Shown piece after piece: positions 1 through 14,547 of a stretch of 64,000 nucleotides of DNA. How positions within the stretch are numbered: the first letter of the stretch is position 1; every line of letters starts with the position of its first letter. Below the pieces are notes generated by a model that worked only from the letters and a program-made list of their open reading frames with translations, was not told the origin of the DNA and made no database searches. Made by a program: the position numbers and the translations under genes. The stretch comes from Takakia lepidozioides (lineage: Eukaryota; Plantae; Bryophyta): the NCBI GenBank assembly GCA_030704615.1, contig CM060731.1:21824001-21888000 (forward strand). The letters are read 5' to 3'.

Positions 1-149
1 TCTTCTTTTCTGTCGCACCTGACTTCAATTAATTTCTGTTGGGGTGTTCAGCTCCTGCATGCCTGAGCAATGTCCAGCAGTGATCTAAAGGACATGGCAT
101 TGTGTAAATGTTATAATCTTGAAAAATTGGTGCTTTGTGTGGCTTGCAG

Positions 150-2220
150 GTACAGAATCCTTACAACCCTAAGTATAGTGGAATGATCCAAGGTTTGAAG
201 TCGATTTGGGGGAGCGAGGGTATTCGCGGATTCTTCAAGGGCAATGGCACGAATTGCGCCCGAATTGTACCTAATTCTGCTGTGAAGTTCTATAGCTACG
301 AGCAGGCATCCAGGTGTGTTTGCTACTGATTGTCCACTTTATGTCAAGGGCTTAATAGGTTAGCAGACAGGCCACATGCCACGCATCGTTACTGCCCTGC
401 TTGCAAGGATTGCTGCAGGGATGCACGGTCGATGACTATCTGACTTAGTATTGCCGAAAGGTACTCTAAATGCAGGAGAAATGGTGGCTTATCACTTGAG
501 GAGATCAATTGTGTTAGGGAACACCTAGAAGACAATATCAGGATGGAGGGAGAGACAGGTGCAGATTACCTCATTGGGACAGCTTTGGATTCCAAGGATG
601 GGAAAATTCAGGATGTGCCGTGCAGGGGTTTAGGGTCTGGACTGTGGATAACCTGATTCTTTCAGCAGAAATTCTGACTGTCTTGCTTGCTGCCCAACTT
701 GCAGTGCGATTTTGTGGGCGTACCGGCAACAATCAGGGCGTGGTGAGTGATAGGAATTTGTCAAAATATCCTCTTTTTGTGATTTCATTCAAAAGAGCTT
801 AATGTAGATGAGCATGTGAAGTTAGGGTGATGCATTAGCCATGTGTTGCACTGGGCTGGGTCACAATTTTATCTGTTGTCTTTTCAGAGGATGCGGAACT
901 CACCCCAGTCTTACGGCTTGCTGCTGGGGCATGTGCTGGGATTGTTGCCATGTCTGCTACCTATCCTATGGATATGGTTCGAGGGAGGCTAACGGTGCAG
1001 GTGAATGTTTCGATTCTTCATGGCAGATTTCCCACTGTTGCTGCTTCCTTGAATCTATCCTGTCTCATGGAAATCAACAGCCTAATAATGTGCTTCTGCT
1101 GCAGACGGAGGACTCACCCACCCGTTATCGTGGAATGTTCCATGCTTTCTCCACTATTGTCAAAGAGGAGGGCCCAAGAGCTGTGTACAAGGGATGGCTA
1201 CCATCAGTTATTGGAGTGGTACTGCACTGAACTTGAGACTGAAGTTTTTTCTTGTTGGAGAGAGTTACAAATGGATGGAGACAATAAAGAAAAAGACGGT
1301 TGTTTTGAGGATGGGAGAACAGCGTACCGATGGTTAACTACATGTATGTATAGAAAGAGGGAGAGGTTGTGATGAGGTAGAACTCTGTGACTGGTGACTA
1401 AAAGTAGTGTCCATTGCATGTATGAATGTGTTGTAAGCTCTCATACTGGAGTCTCCTCCGTGCTAAATCTCAAGTGATGCTCAAGGAAAAGACAGGTTCC
1501 CACTGGCAGTGCCCTAGCAATTGACCGGTATCTTGGTTGCACTTGTTCTGGGTACTGCAGATTCCGTATGTGGGGCTGAACTTTGCAGTGTATGAGACTC
1601 TTAAGGATTGGATTGTCAAGAGCGAGCAATTTCGGCCAGATGAGGGCTCCGAATTGGGTGTCATGACCAAGCTGGCATGTGGGGCAGCTGCAGGGACTGT
1701 TGGGCAAACTGTGGCTTATCCCTTGGATGTGGTCCGCCGACGAATGCAGATGGTTGGCTGGAAAGATGCTTCACCGGTCATCACAGCAGATGGGAGAGTT
1801 AGGGCCCCTATTCAGTATACGGGCATGCTAGATGCTTTCACGAAGACCGTCAAGCATGAAGGATTTGGGGCTCTCTACAAAGGCTTAGTGCCGAATTCTG
1901 TCAAGGTCAGGAAGTGGATGTGATGGGATTGCGCTACATTTCTTATGCATTGTGCTAATGCTTACGGTGGGGTAATGCTTCAATGACGAATGTTGGAGAA
2001 TGGAAGATAAAACCCTTATTGGCTTCTGCCGGGGAATATATCAACAATTTCCTGGGAGGTGCAACCCTAGCTTGTGGATTGGGCAGATAGTTCAGTAGGT
2101 TCTGACATCCATGGTGCAACTCTCTTGTCTTTGCAGGTGGTACCTTCGATAGCACTGGCATTTGTTACGTACGAGTTGATGAGAGACCTTCTGGGTGTGG
2201 AGATACGCATTTCAGATTAA
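150..2220 (+). CDS. ADNT1: Mitochondrial carrier family protein, adenine nucleotide transporter ADNT1-like (5'-partial; exons 150-313, 705-742, 888-1000, 1105-1218, 1561-1905, 2137-2220)
   Basis: Spliced GT-AG exons join in frame: [25 protein letters not shown], carrier signatures [10 protein letters not shown] and [12 protein letters not shown]-terminus [27 protein letters not shown] (TAA 2218-2220). The start lies upstream of the window. Confidence 0.93.
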
Positions 2221-4573
2221 TGCAATTTTGTTACAAAAAAAAGGTACACATCGGCTGGGTTTTCAGACAAGGCCAAGCGATCACGAGGACAATATTGTGT
2301 GCAGTTCATTGTGAGGGTTGGTACAAAATCACTCCTAGACTTGAAATTGAATGAACTTTGATACACCAAGGTGTCTGTCCGAGTCATGCATCCATATGCA
2401 TGAGGGTGAGAGTTCAGGTAGAGCTTGAGAAATAGTTGTAGTGTGCCTTGTACTCTGAGAGGCTACAGGTCTAGCAGCTGCTGCAGTGTGAGCAGAGAGG
2501 CACAACGGTGGGCATGCTTGGATGGAACCCTGTGTTTTGAGGCTGGCCAGTCATTCTTCTGTGAGTTAAGGGGTTTACAGTTACTTCAGGTTTATCCTCC
2601 CCGGCTGAAGTCAAGGATGCCGCTATTTACGAGGGCAACATGTTACAGCACTCTAGGTTTATCTATACTCTCTTGTTTTCATTAATTTAACAGGCCCTTT
2701 ATGCCTAGGTGCAGTTTGTGTGCCCCAAACAAGTGAGCTCAATTGCTGCTACCTGGCTGGTACAAACCCAGTGTCGAGGGAGAGAAATTGTATGTTGGTG
2801 TTTTCTTGTCTGTGGGGAGGTCACGGCTTGGGGTGGCTGGTAAACTTGTTCTGAAAATTGTACGGCTCCATGCTCACAATGTGTGAAAAAATTTCTGCTC
2901 CGGTGCTTATGCAGGAATTTTTGGATTTCTCAGTTTTCACCCTTTGTATGATATATAGGTGTTGGGGGGAGAGGTGGGGTGGTGCATGTAGCCAGCCTGC
3001 AACAGTTACCTTGCCACTGACACCGAAGATTATGAGTTTCATATTTTTAGAAGGTGGTGGTGGTTCATGGCATCATGGCTCTACCAGATCAGATAATATA
3101 TGCTTACTGCATTCAATGCATAAGTAATCTTAGAATCGATCTGGTTCCATAATCTTAGGAAGATATTTCTATAAGCTTATGGTTTGCATTGTCTGAGTTA
3201 ATCTCGGATGAAGCTATTTCCTGGAGGAACTACATTAGGATGTGGAATTAGCAGCCATTTTACACAAATTTGTGGTCTCTGTTCAACTAGCATTTCGATG
3301 TTATCATAAAAAGTTGAACGAAATCATGCAAAAACAGGCTCCAAACTCTTGATTGGGGTTTTCAGGTTCCAATAACTTTTACGGTCGTGGTACCGCACGC
3401 GATCATTTATGATACAGGTAGCTGTAATGTACGGAGGTAGGACGTACTGGATGTCGGATGACGTGAATACACTTTGCAATGAAAGTCATCCGGGAGGAAG
3501 ACCTTCATAATTGTATGAAGTATGAGTCCCTGACGAATGCAGCTCAAATCATCTACATCGATTGGATGGTGAAATAGCTCATCCATCCGATGCATTGGGT
3601 TTAACCTGTGGTTTGACCGGAGTAGCGTTGTGAACGTGCAGAGAGACAGAGAGGGAGGGAGAGAGAAACAGAAAATCAGTGTGAATGTGAATGTGCTTTT
3701 GGATTTCGGTTGAAGAGAGTGTTTGCCAGATTATTGTCTGGTAGCACTTTTTTTAATTTTTCTCCGGGGTTTAGATCATCGGGATTTCTCTGGTGTTGAG
3801 GTTGCGTTAGATCCGCTTTTGTGGTAGGGTTGGATCAGACATCAGACCTTCGTTTACAGGATCAGCATTGTGTTGGATCTTCGTTTGCATTTTGTCTGTG
3901 CATTGTTTGGTTTGTGGAGTTCATGCGCGATGCTCTCTATGTCGGCTTAGTGTTGCCTGTGGGCCACTAGTTTGGAAATACCTTACGGAGAAGCTGGTGT
4001 GAAGGAGGTGCGCACATATTTCAGGGAGTTGATCTGACTAGGTGGCTATCTGTCATCGGATTTTCTTCTTCCACAGCTCCTTTGTGCCTTTCTCGGGTTC
4101 GTTCGCTGGGTCTTCTGGCAATATTTTTCTGACTTCTGCTGGCGGTACTTAGCTAGAGGAATCGGGAAGCCTATTGAAATCCAATGCAGGTTGGAATATT
4201 CTGCGTGGATTGCTTTTCAAAATCCCATTCATAGCACTGATATAGCCGACATTGCTGCTTAACCTCGGGAGACTCGCATTGCAATTGTTCGTCCGATCTG
4301 TTGCGGCCGCTGGCACTCTTATTTGATCTATCGAGCCTCCATTTATCTGTTCATGAAGCACTGACACCTTCTGTAGTTCCGGCTCGCGCCCCACTTTTCT
4401 GTTCTTCTGTAAAGAAATTTGCTTAGAGTCAACCGCGGCGGCCTTGGTGTGTGTAGCGTTCGTCCCAGTCAACAGTAAACGTTCAGCGCCTGGAATCGGG
4501 TCTGGATCTGCCACAGGCAGGGGGAAGCTTCACTCCCCTTGTCGCTCGCAGGTTTGTGGCATCGACTGTAGAC

Positions 4574-7500
4574 ATGATGGAGGACGGTCGCAAGGATGTG
4601 GAAGTGGCAATGATGGAGCCATATCCAGAAAAATCGAAGGCAAAGGCTTTTCCTTCGTTGAAGAATAAGTCTCCCAGGGTATGTTTCTTGGGTGCTTGCT
4701 ACGAACAGCTGGGTAATGTAATAGCGGCATTGTACGGGGTGTTTTGAATGACTTGCAGAGTTCTGCAATTTGGTAGTAATATATATTTCTGGCATTTTCA
4801 ATCTCCGATCTTCAGCACCTACTACATTATTGTTTCTACTTTGCGGAACCCATTGACTCAGGCATTCGCATTGGCCAATTGCTGGTTCAGGTAAGGCCAA
4901 GGAAAATACTGCATTATTAGATAGACATTCACTCTGATGTGGAAGGTTTCAATCTCTTCTCTCCCCAAGCATTATTAGTAAAACTCCTCATTACATGGTA
5001 TACTTCAAATCTGCAATGCCATCAATAGAGGGAAGGGTTTGATTGATTCACTTCAAGCATAAAACCTGTACAGTGCTGCTGTTGTTATAGTCTTATGAGT
5101 TTGCTTTTGAACTGGATGTTAAGGATGGCTTTTCATCATGTAAGCAATGTCCCCTTTAAAGTAGATGAGCAGTCCTGTAATCTGCACCATGTGTCCTGTG
5201 GGGTCAAAGATCCAGCTGGCACTTAATCCTCATCAACTGGTCAGTGAATATGCTCTATCACTGTGCAAAGGGGGCTCGGGTTATTACCCTGGTAAAATTA
5301 TTTCCGATGAAGATGAAGGGTTATTATCTGGCAGGGAGTCTGATTCAAGAGTGCATCATAGCCAACATTCCACGGATGAGACATTTTGATGATCTCTCTC
5401 TTTTCAATAGTTCTTCTCCCCATTCCTGGAATGCGGCATCCCTATGTGGGTTATTGTTTCTGTCTTATGTCGTGAAGCATTCAGGTTTATTTGCAAACCT
5501 TTCTTTTATGCTTAGGTATGTGCAGCAGTTGATATCCGGCCTTTCGTGTTTAGGTACATGCAGCAGTCGATATCTGGCCTTTTAGTCTGTCTGTTTCCTA
5601 TCTTGCCAAACCTTGCATGTAATGAATCTTTCAAATGTTCCAACTTCTCATTGTGGTTGTGACCTAATATAACATATACTCTTTATTACTCTATGGTGAC
5701 TCTCTCCAATGTCTGATTGGTTTGCTCCTGTTTCTTATCATCACTTCCATTCAAGCAGCAGCCTCTAGGGGTGTTCTCATTCAAATACCTTTGTTCAGTC
5801 TTCCTGTGTGCATTAGCTTGATTTGATGGACTAGAGAGGTTTGGTTAAACAGCCAGATTCCTTTGAGAGTCTGACCGCTAGCAGAGTCTAGGTAGGGTTT
5901 GGTTCATATGCATGTGGTAATAACTCTCTGCTTAAGTCGTCTTGCAAGCTCAACAAACTTGTTCCTTTGGCAAGTCTGGCTGTTAGCAGGGTCTAGACAG
6001 GGCCTGGTTGTTTGTGCATTATGGTGTTTAGCCCGTGTCGATTGTCACGACGTGTTGCCGTCTTCAGGGCTGTGGCTGTGAACTGTTGCTAACACAAAGT
6101 TTTAATTTGCTTGGGTTGCTATGTGTGGTTTTGTGGTTGCAGTGGCTAAAGATGCTCTTCAGTCTAGACAAGCGAGTGTATTACATACTCGCGCTACTTA
6201 CAACCATGTTCGTATTCTATGTTGGATCTCGAACGTCCCCCATTATCTTGTTTGTGTTGACACTTTGCACAGGCAGCATGCTGTATGCATCATACCTTGC
6301 ACACTGGGTTCTCAAAAAAGACGAAGGGCCTCCTGAAATGAGTCAGGTATTCTTCTCTTCTTTAGACCTATATCTTCTTGATGGTGCCAAAACAATCCGT
6401 ACAGGATGTTTTCTAACCTCTATGACTGATCTTCATTCATGGTCAGCCATCCTTGTTTGGGGATTTGCTAAGGCAGGATTGAAAAAGAAGAATGAGTTGT
6501 CAGAGTTAAACCTTTAGTGTACTCGGTCTGTTTCAGATTTCAGACGCAATTCGAGATGGAGCGGAGGGCTTCTTCCGCACTCAGTATGGGACGATCTCAA
6601 AGATGGCAGTGGTGCTTGCTTTTGCCATTCTTGGCATCTACGTTTTCCGCAAATCCACACACGAGCAGGAGGCTGCTGGTATTGAGAAGTAAGTTTGGGG
6701 GTGCCTGACATATTTTCAAAGTCATTGCATATCTGTTAAAGGGAGAACAATGCTAATTTTGAACGCTGACTAGGACTGGATCTACAAATATTACCATCTT
6801 GAGCATGGCATTCAAACCAACGTAGATGCACCACATAAGTGCGTCAGCAACTTCTTGGCATGATTCTATATGGTTTGGGTTGAAGCGTACGATCTGAGTG
6901 GAGTGATCCATTAGCAAACATGCTGGAGGCTCTATGGTATGGCCTTCCTCTAGGCAAGACTGTCTGACACATTCAAACTTTCATGTAGGTCCACGATTGC
7001 TTTCGTCACAGTTTTATCATTCCTTCTTGGAGCTATTTGCTCGGGCATTGCTGGCTATATTGGGATGTGGGTGTCCGTTCGTGCAAATGTTCGTGTCTCG
7101 TCTGCTGCCCGGCGTTCAGCTCGTGAAGCACTACAGGTTTGTGCTTCTGGTTAATTGGAACTTTGAAGACCTTTTACTTTGGTCTGTCCACAGTTCTTTG
7201 TAATCAGGCTTTCACTTGTGAGTAGGTGTTCTAACTCTGCTTTCTGTGGGATCTTGGACTGAACGTCATATTGTGTTTGTCTCTGTCTATTGAGGACATT
7301 AAGGAGAGCTTTCGTCATATGTCCATTGTCTGTCTTTGGCTGACCAGCAGATGCAACTCTGAGTAAATAGTGGATCTTGCATCTTGTCTCCCAAGACCAT
7401 CTCGCAGTGCTAATGTGGGGATAATATCATGGTTTTGAAATCTCTTTCACCTTCTTTGCCTGCTGACTGCTAGTCAACATCATGGCTTAGTTTTCCCGTT

Positions 7501-10500
7501 AGTCCTGAAAAGTATGAAGATTTGTGTACTTGATATGCCTATGAATTTGATCTACACCCCCTCCTGGCAGCTGATGAGGTCGATGGGGAGTGGTGGCAGC
7601 TTGTCACTGCCACACATGATGAAGCTGATGGTCTGAGACTCGGTGATTGACCACACAATGTTAAGACTTTATGTTGCGCTCTTTTAGGCTTTAATTTAGA
7701 TTTTAACTTGGACTGGCAACGGTTACCTTTTAATGTCCCTATGGAGCTTTGTCTCTGTACTCACACAGGTGAGTTTCTAAATCTCTAATGCATTATGTAC
7801 AGGTGGCCTTGCGTGCTGGAGGCTTCTCAGCGCTTGTTGTGGTTGGCATGACTGTCTTGGGAGTGGCTGTGCTGTATGCGTCCTTTTATGTCTATCTCAA
7901 CGTGGATGCGCCTGGGTCTATGAAGATGACTGAGTGTAAGTGACATGCTTGTAGATTGCAGCACAATTTACGTAATACAGCTGCAATTGTGGGTATCTGT
8001 CAACTTTGGTTGTCTATTGACATATGAGTATATCCTACAATGATGCAACTAGTGAATATCAACGACATGATTGTTCCGTTACCATCCACATGTAAATTAT
8101 ATTTGTCAGTTGACTTGTAACTTGATTTGAGTGCATTGTTAGGGTACTCTAGGCCGACAAAGGTCGCATCTCCTTTTCTACAGGAGAGGAGTTCTTGTTT
8201 TGAATAAGAAATCATCTATGGTTTCTGGCAGTGCCTCTACTTCTGGTTGGCTATGGATTTGGAGCTTCATTCGTGGCGCTATTTGCGCAATTAGGAGGCG
8301 GTATCTATACAAAGGCAGCAGACGTGGGTGCAGACTTGGTAGGCAAAGTGGAGCAAGGCATTCCTGAAGATGATCCAAGGAATCCTGCTGTGATTGCTGA
8401 CCTGGTAAGCTTTAAGTGTCCTCTTGGGCAGACCTAAAGCACTGGCATGCTTGACTGAGACTGGTAGTGGTTACTTCATTCGTATCTTATAGTCACATCG
8501 AGCTATCTTGTTGTAATGCTAAGTGATTTATTCATATTGGGAATGAGCTAGATGCAGCTAAATTTTTTGAAGGGCCTTTGGCATCCAAAGGGGGCATGGA
8601 AGTGCTTTGCTTTGGGTCCATCTATTGGGCACAAGCATAGCAAACTGGAATGTTAACTGTGATGGTAGCAGGTGCCAAAAACAAGAGAGTGAGCAATCAC
8701 TGTGTCCCCCAAACAATGAGATAAATTGACATGAGGCAGGACGTATTTACTAGTAATATCATCTGCAATCGCCTGCAATCTTCTCCACGGAAGGGTAGGA
8801 AGTTGAATGTGTGTACTTGATCGTTTGCTTGTTCAATGGGTATATTAGGATAATGTGTGTGGCGCATTGCAGGTTGGGGATAATGTTGGAGATTGTGCTG
8901 CACGTGGCGCAGATTTGTTTGAAAGCATTGCAGCTGAAGTCATTAGTGCCATGATTCTGGGGGGTTCTATGGCCAAACGTTGCAACCTTGAAGGTGGATT
9001 TTGACTGTTGTGTTTTGAGCTTAAGGTAGTGGAGCTTCAGGTGTTTACTGGATGTCATGTCCACTATCTATCCAGTAAAAATCTATCTTCTGCCATCACT
9101 TCCTGAAAGAATTGCTGGCAATCCTGAATGGTAGCCAATGACATTGGTGTGACCATTTGCCACTAAAATGCAACAGTAGGTGAGCCTGTCAGGGGATTTT
9201 ATCCAAGAGGAGCCGTAGAAGTGGTCATGGTCCTGAAATCGGATACACACCAGTGCGCTTCCACTTAGCAAGTTATCTGTTCAGAGTCTGACAACTATAA
9301 TCAAAGGGGATAAGGCCTACTTTGATGGGCAGACAACTGCTCAAAACAATGACCTAATTTGGAAAGCTGACATGACAGAGACTCTGGAAAGAACCCTCAA
9401 GTTTGGTACCTTGGTGGTTGGCTGTAAAATGAGGGCTCTGTTATGCATGTATTGTATGCTTGGGCCGTGTTTATCGATCAAGTTAAATAGGGTCTAACAA
9501 AGAAGAACGACTCTTAAATTTGTGACTTCATCTTTCAGTTCAACACCTGAAGTGGCACGGATACATATATGTCAATGCTTTCCTTTTGATGATGTGGCAA
9601 TTAAAAGCTTAAGGAACAATTGTCTTGGCAATGGTAGCATAACTAAAACTGTGCTATTTTTGGATCCCTCAGATGCATCTGGCTTTATCCTATTTCCCCT
9701 TGTGATACATTCGTTCGATTTGGTGGTCTCTGCAAGTGGTATTGCATCCATCAAAGGTACACGGGATCCGAGCTCAAAGTCAGTGGTTGAGGACCCAATG
9801 GTTATTCTGCAAAAGGGATATTCCATCACTCTTATGTTGGCAGTTCTGGCGTTTGGCGGAGTAAGTTGCATACATCTTTGGGGCTCTCATGTCACCATGA
9901 GTTGGATAGTTGTTTTTTAAAGTCTCCTGTTTTGATGAAGGCATGGGGAGTTAAACCAGCTGGTCACAAGATTTAATTGATTTGTCCTGTACTCTTGGAT
10001 TGTTTCTCTAAGTTATGAGGCAGCCTTCTTTCTGGTTTCCTTCCTCTTTTTACTGTGTCTTCTTCTGTGTTTGGCCTTTGTTTTCATCTTTCAAAGCTCT
10101 TCTTTACCTCGGGTGCGGCAGGCTCTTGTATCTGTGGTTACCTTTCATATTTGAGCTCTTAGTTTACCAGGTTGTCTCTCTCTCTCTCACACAGACATAT
10201 CTTTGCTCTTTTCTGTCAAGAGGGCTTCTAACTGTGTGGTGTGTTTGAGTGGGCCTGCTTCTGGAATCTCAAATGTCAGAGACCCTGGGGCTTGCTTGCA
10301 GATCAAGTGCGGCTGTCTCTGTCTAGCCTGTCTCTTTATGGTTCTCAAGGGGCTGTCACCTCCCGGCTGTATCAAATAACTTTAACACGGTTTGCTTGTC
10401 AATTTTGTGGCATTTGTGAATTCTGCAGTCAACAAGGTGGCTTCTGTACACAGAGCAGGCACCATCAGCATGGATCCATTTTGCACTATGTGGACTGGTT

Positions 10501-13429
10501 GGCATCATCACTGCTTACCTCTTTGTGTGGATCTCTCAATACTACACTGACTACAAGTATGAGCCAGTACGCATGGTTGCCCTTTCCAGTACAACTGGGC
10601 ACGGAACCAACATCATTGCAGGTGTCCTTCCTGACTCCTTAACAGAGTTTAGCATGTAGCCAAAGGCTCTAAGTGAGGAATTGACCTTCTTCTCCTGGCC
10701 CTCTTGCAAGCCCCATTTGTCTCCCGGCTAGCCACAATGTCCAATGCTTATACTATATCTGCGGTGACATCAAAATCTGTGAAAAAAGAAGCAATCTAGA
10801 AATCCCTGTGTTGACACTAGGTAGTATGATTGCCATTTACAGTGCATTGCATGCCTTAATAAGATTTGATGTGCAAGGCAAAGGAGGAGGGGCTAGAGCA
10901 CAGAAACTGATTGGGCAATTCTTGTCAATGCAGGGGTGGGGTTGGGCCTCGAGTCCACAGCAATGCCTGTGTTGGTGATCAGTGTTGCAATAATCTCAGC
11001 TTACTGGCTTGGAAGGACTTCAGGTCTTCAGGATAGTCGGGGATTGCCAATGGGAGGGCTTTTTGGAACTGCAGTTGCCACTATGGGTATGCTGAGTACT
11101 GCTGGGTATGTGTTGACAATGGACATGTTTGGACCGATTGCCGATAACGCAGGTGGCATTGTTGAAATGAGCCAGCAGGTAAGAATTCAGCTCTATTTTC
11201 TTAAGGTCTGAAATCTAGTAAGGTTTTTTATTCCCTGTTCCCATTTATCACATGGATTGGATTTGTGCTGTACCCTAGTTCATTTTGTTTGGTTGACAGT
11301 CCTAAATGTTCATCCCCCTCCCGCAACCCTGCCCCCCAGTTTGTAGTCTGTACTCATATATCTAAATATTCAGTTAACTTTCGCGGAAAATTCACAATTT
11401 CTGCATATGAGTTTTTAAATCTGCACATACTTATGCTCATCTACTCTTTGTTTGAATGGTGGTTAACTGCAGCCAGAGAGTGTGAGGGAGATTACTGACT
11501 TACTGGATGCTGTTGGTAACACCACGAAAGCAACAACCAAAGGATTTGCCATTGGGTCAGCTGCTTTAGCTTCCTTCCTTCTCTTCAGCGCATACATGGA
11601 TGAGGTTTCTTCATTCTCCGGCGTGCCTTTTACCACGGTATGAGAATCTTTTTTCCAGGAAAAACAGAAGGCTAGGATAATAATCTGTTCCAGTAGCTGC
11701 ATTCTTAATGTTGGGAATAAAGGAAGCTTCCTTCATTTTGCTATCTCTGCTGGGGTCAGGTACAAGGTGACCATGTGCGCTAGGCAAGCACGTCCCTGGC
11801 TCCCAGGAATGCCATATAGTACTTTGTAGTAATGCCATGAGTTCTCCACTTATCTTGATTTGTTTGTGGCTGCCGAGTCAGGTGGACATTGCTATTCCAG
11901 AGGTGTTTGTGGGAGGCTTACTGGGTGCGATGCTCATCTTTCTCTTTAGTGCCTGGGCATGTGCTGCTGTGGGCCGAACTGCTCAAGAAGTTGTCAGGGA
12001 AGTCCGCAGACAGTTTATTGAACGTCCCGGTATTATGGTGAGGATGGGCAATCCATTTATCTGTTCTATATGCCCGCACACGCTTTTTATGTCACTTGGT
12101 TTGTTTTTCTAATCATACTCTGGCCAATAAGTGGATGCTTGCCACCAAAAGATTGTGTCATAGGAGAACCCACTGGCAGCGACTTCTTGGTCAATTGTAC
12201 AATCCCAGACATGTGCAACTTGTCTGGTGTCAATGTTTACAAGATCAGCATTGACGAGTTTTTCACCTTTGCAGACCTACCAAGAAAAGCCAGATTATGC
12301 GCGGTGTGTATCTATTGTGGCGTCTGCATCTCTCCGTGAGATGATCAAGCCTGGGCTGCTTGCTGTCATCTCTCCAATTGTCGTTGGTATGAAGATAATT
12401 AACCTCTTAATCTATGCAAATATTCTAGGGAATGTAAGGTGTATTATTGGATCAGTTTTAAGAGCCACTTTTTATGGGCTTTGCTAGGGTTTGCTAGAAG
12501 AACAGAATGATTCTCTATTCTAATCAAATCTTCTCTCTTGCCAAAGCAGAGTGATGGCAGGTTTGAGGATGATACTTTATTATGATCCTAGCATGGCAGC
12601 TGCATGAGCTAAAGGAAGTTATAAGCAGTCTGCAAAGAAATTATTAACCTTCGGGTACCTCTCGAGAAGCTTCAGTTTAAACCATACCTGATTATTTTCT
12701 GACAGGTTTGACCGATATGGTTGGGGTTGGGTAGGGGTTGTATTCAGAGTGATAGGGCAATGCACAGACCAGGCACTGCTCGGAGCCAAGGCAGTGGCTG
12801 GCATGCTGATGTTTGCGACTGTATCTGGGATCCTCATGGCCCTCTTCCTCAACACTGCTGGTGGAGCCTGGGATAATGCCAAGAAGTACATTGAGAGTGG
12901 GGCACTTGGTGGGAAAGGCAGCGATGCCCACAAAGCTGCAGTTACTGGTGACACGTAAGTTCATTTCCTTTTTTATAGAGCTGTGACTCTTTATTTCATT
13001 TTCAAGCTTCAATTCGGCAGTCATGGTTAGAATCAGTCCATTCTAGATTCTGAGTATGGCTGTGGTGATGGATGATCTACATGCTATATCCTGTGAAGTG
13101 AATTGGTTTGGGACGGCAGGTCCCTATATAGCTTAAACCTCTTAAAAACTTGATTGTATAAATGCTTGAACATTTAAAGCTCATGTTTGGGCATGGTATG
13201 TGCCAAATTCTTATACATAAGCACGAGGTCATGATATGGGACCTATTCTTCTTCTGACTCTGATTCTGATGGACCATGTGCTTGGATTGAGGAAATTTTT
13301 TCTGTGGCGTGGGAGGGGTGCAGCGTAGGGGATCCATTCAAGGACACCGCAGGGCCATCACTTCATGTGCTGATTAAGATGCTTTCGACAATCACACTGG
13401 TTATGGCCCCTCTCTTCTTGGAAAACTGA
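4574..13429 (+). CDS. AVP2: Membrane H+-translocating pyrophosphatase, type II (K+-independent; AVP2/VHP2-like), multi-exon
   Basis: ATG at 4574 (MMEDGRKD...[11 protein letters not shown]). Exons include 6143-6346 (KDEGPPEM), 6537-6688 ([13 protein letters not shown]), ~8232-8404 ([36 protein letters not shown]), ~8873-8993 ([18 protein letters not shown]), [38 protein letters not shown] and the last exon 13324-13429 ([19 protein letters not shown]...LEN*). Confidence 0.96.
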
Positions 13430-14547
13430 GAGCTTTCTTGTCAAGAGGATAAATTTGTTAGTAGGTCTGTACATGTTATTGGCTAACGTTCGGTAGTCCA
13501 ATAATTGAGGAGCCCATTCACACTTCAGCAATGCTTAGTGGAGAAAACATGTTTGTAGAAAAGCTTTCTCGTAGTGGCCTTCTGAATGTGGATGCAGAAA
13601 TGAGAGAGAATCACTATTTGCTGCTAGAGAGGGAGAGGAAAGAGAGTTTGTTTTTCATTTTCAGTGCAGTATTGTTTTTCCAATCTCTCCCCATCAATAG
13701 GGGTGCATTGGTTTGAGTGCAGCACAAGAATGCTGCCTCAATAATTTAGAGTTTTAACTTGTATGAGATTGGTAGAGTATTTTAGGATTTTTTGGCTGGG
13801 TAGGGTGGAAATTGAGTTATGAAGAGGCATTAGATTTTACCATATGTTTGTGACCTTACTCTGGATGACTTTATAAAGTGCAAGTTTCTTCTGTGACATT
13901 CCCTACCTTTGCCAAGATAAGCCTGCGATAACTCGGTGATATTCATAGCCTGCACTTCTATGCTTGCTTTCTGTTGTCCGTTGAGTCACTGTAGCAGGGG
14001 AGATTGTGAATGTTATTATCACACTTTGGACATGCTACTGCTATCCAGCTTCGAAACGTTAGTTAGTGTATGGTGGCGCTTGCGGTGGTGGTGGCTAGGT
14101 TTTGAGTACACAGGTGTCTTAGTAGTGCTCCAATGTTCCCAGTTAATTTTGGGTGCACGAAGTTGACAAACTTTTGTTCAAATTCACCAAGCATTTCACT
14201 AGTTTTTTTCATATCACGTGCGCACAAAGGTATATTTATACTAGGCTATATTCTTAAAATTTTGTATTTTTTTTCACCCTATCTTTAGGTAATATTGTAA
14301 AACCCTTTGTTTTCAAACACCCTATTTTTCTTTATAATTTTTTTTACAACAATTAATTAGATCCTATTTTTAAATAATTACAAAATTTCAAAGCATTTAC
14401 ACAAACAAGTACATTCCATATAACATAAGTAAAACTCTGGATTTTTTGTGACAACTTTTTTTTTTAAAGTGAGTGAAAGGATATTGTCTTACCATATCTT
14501 CTAAGTAAAACTTTTCTAAAATTTACCTCAAAAAATAAATTGCACCC

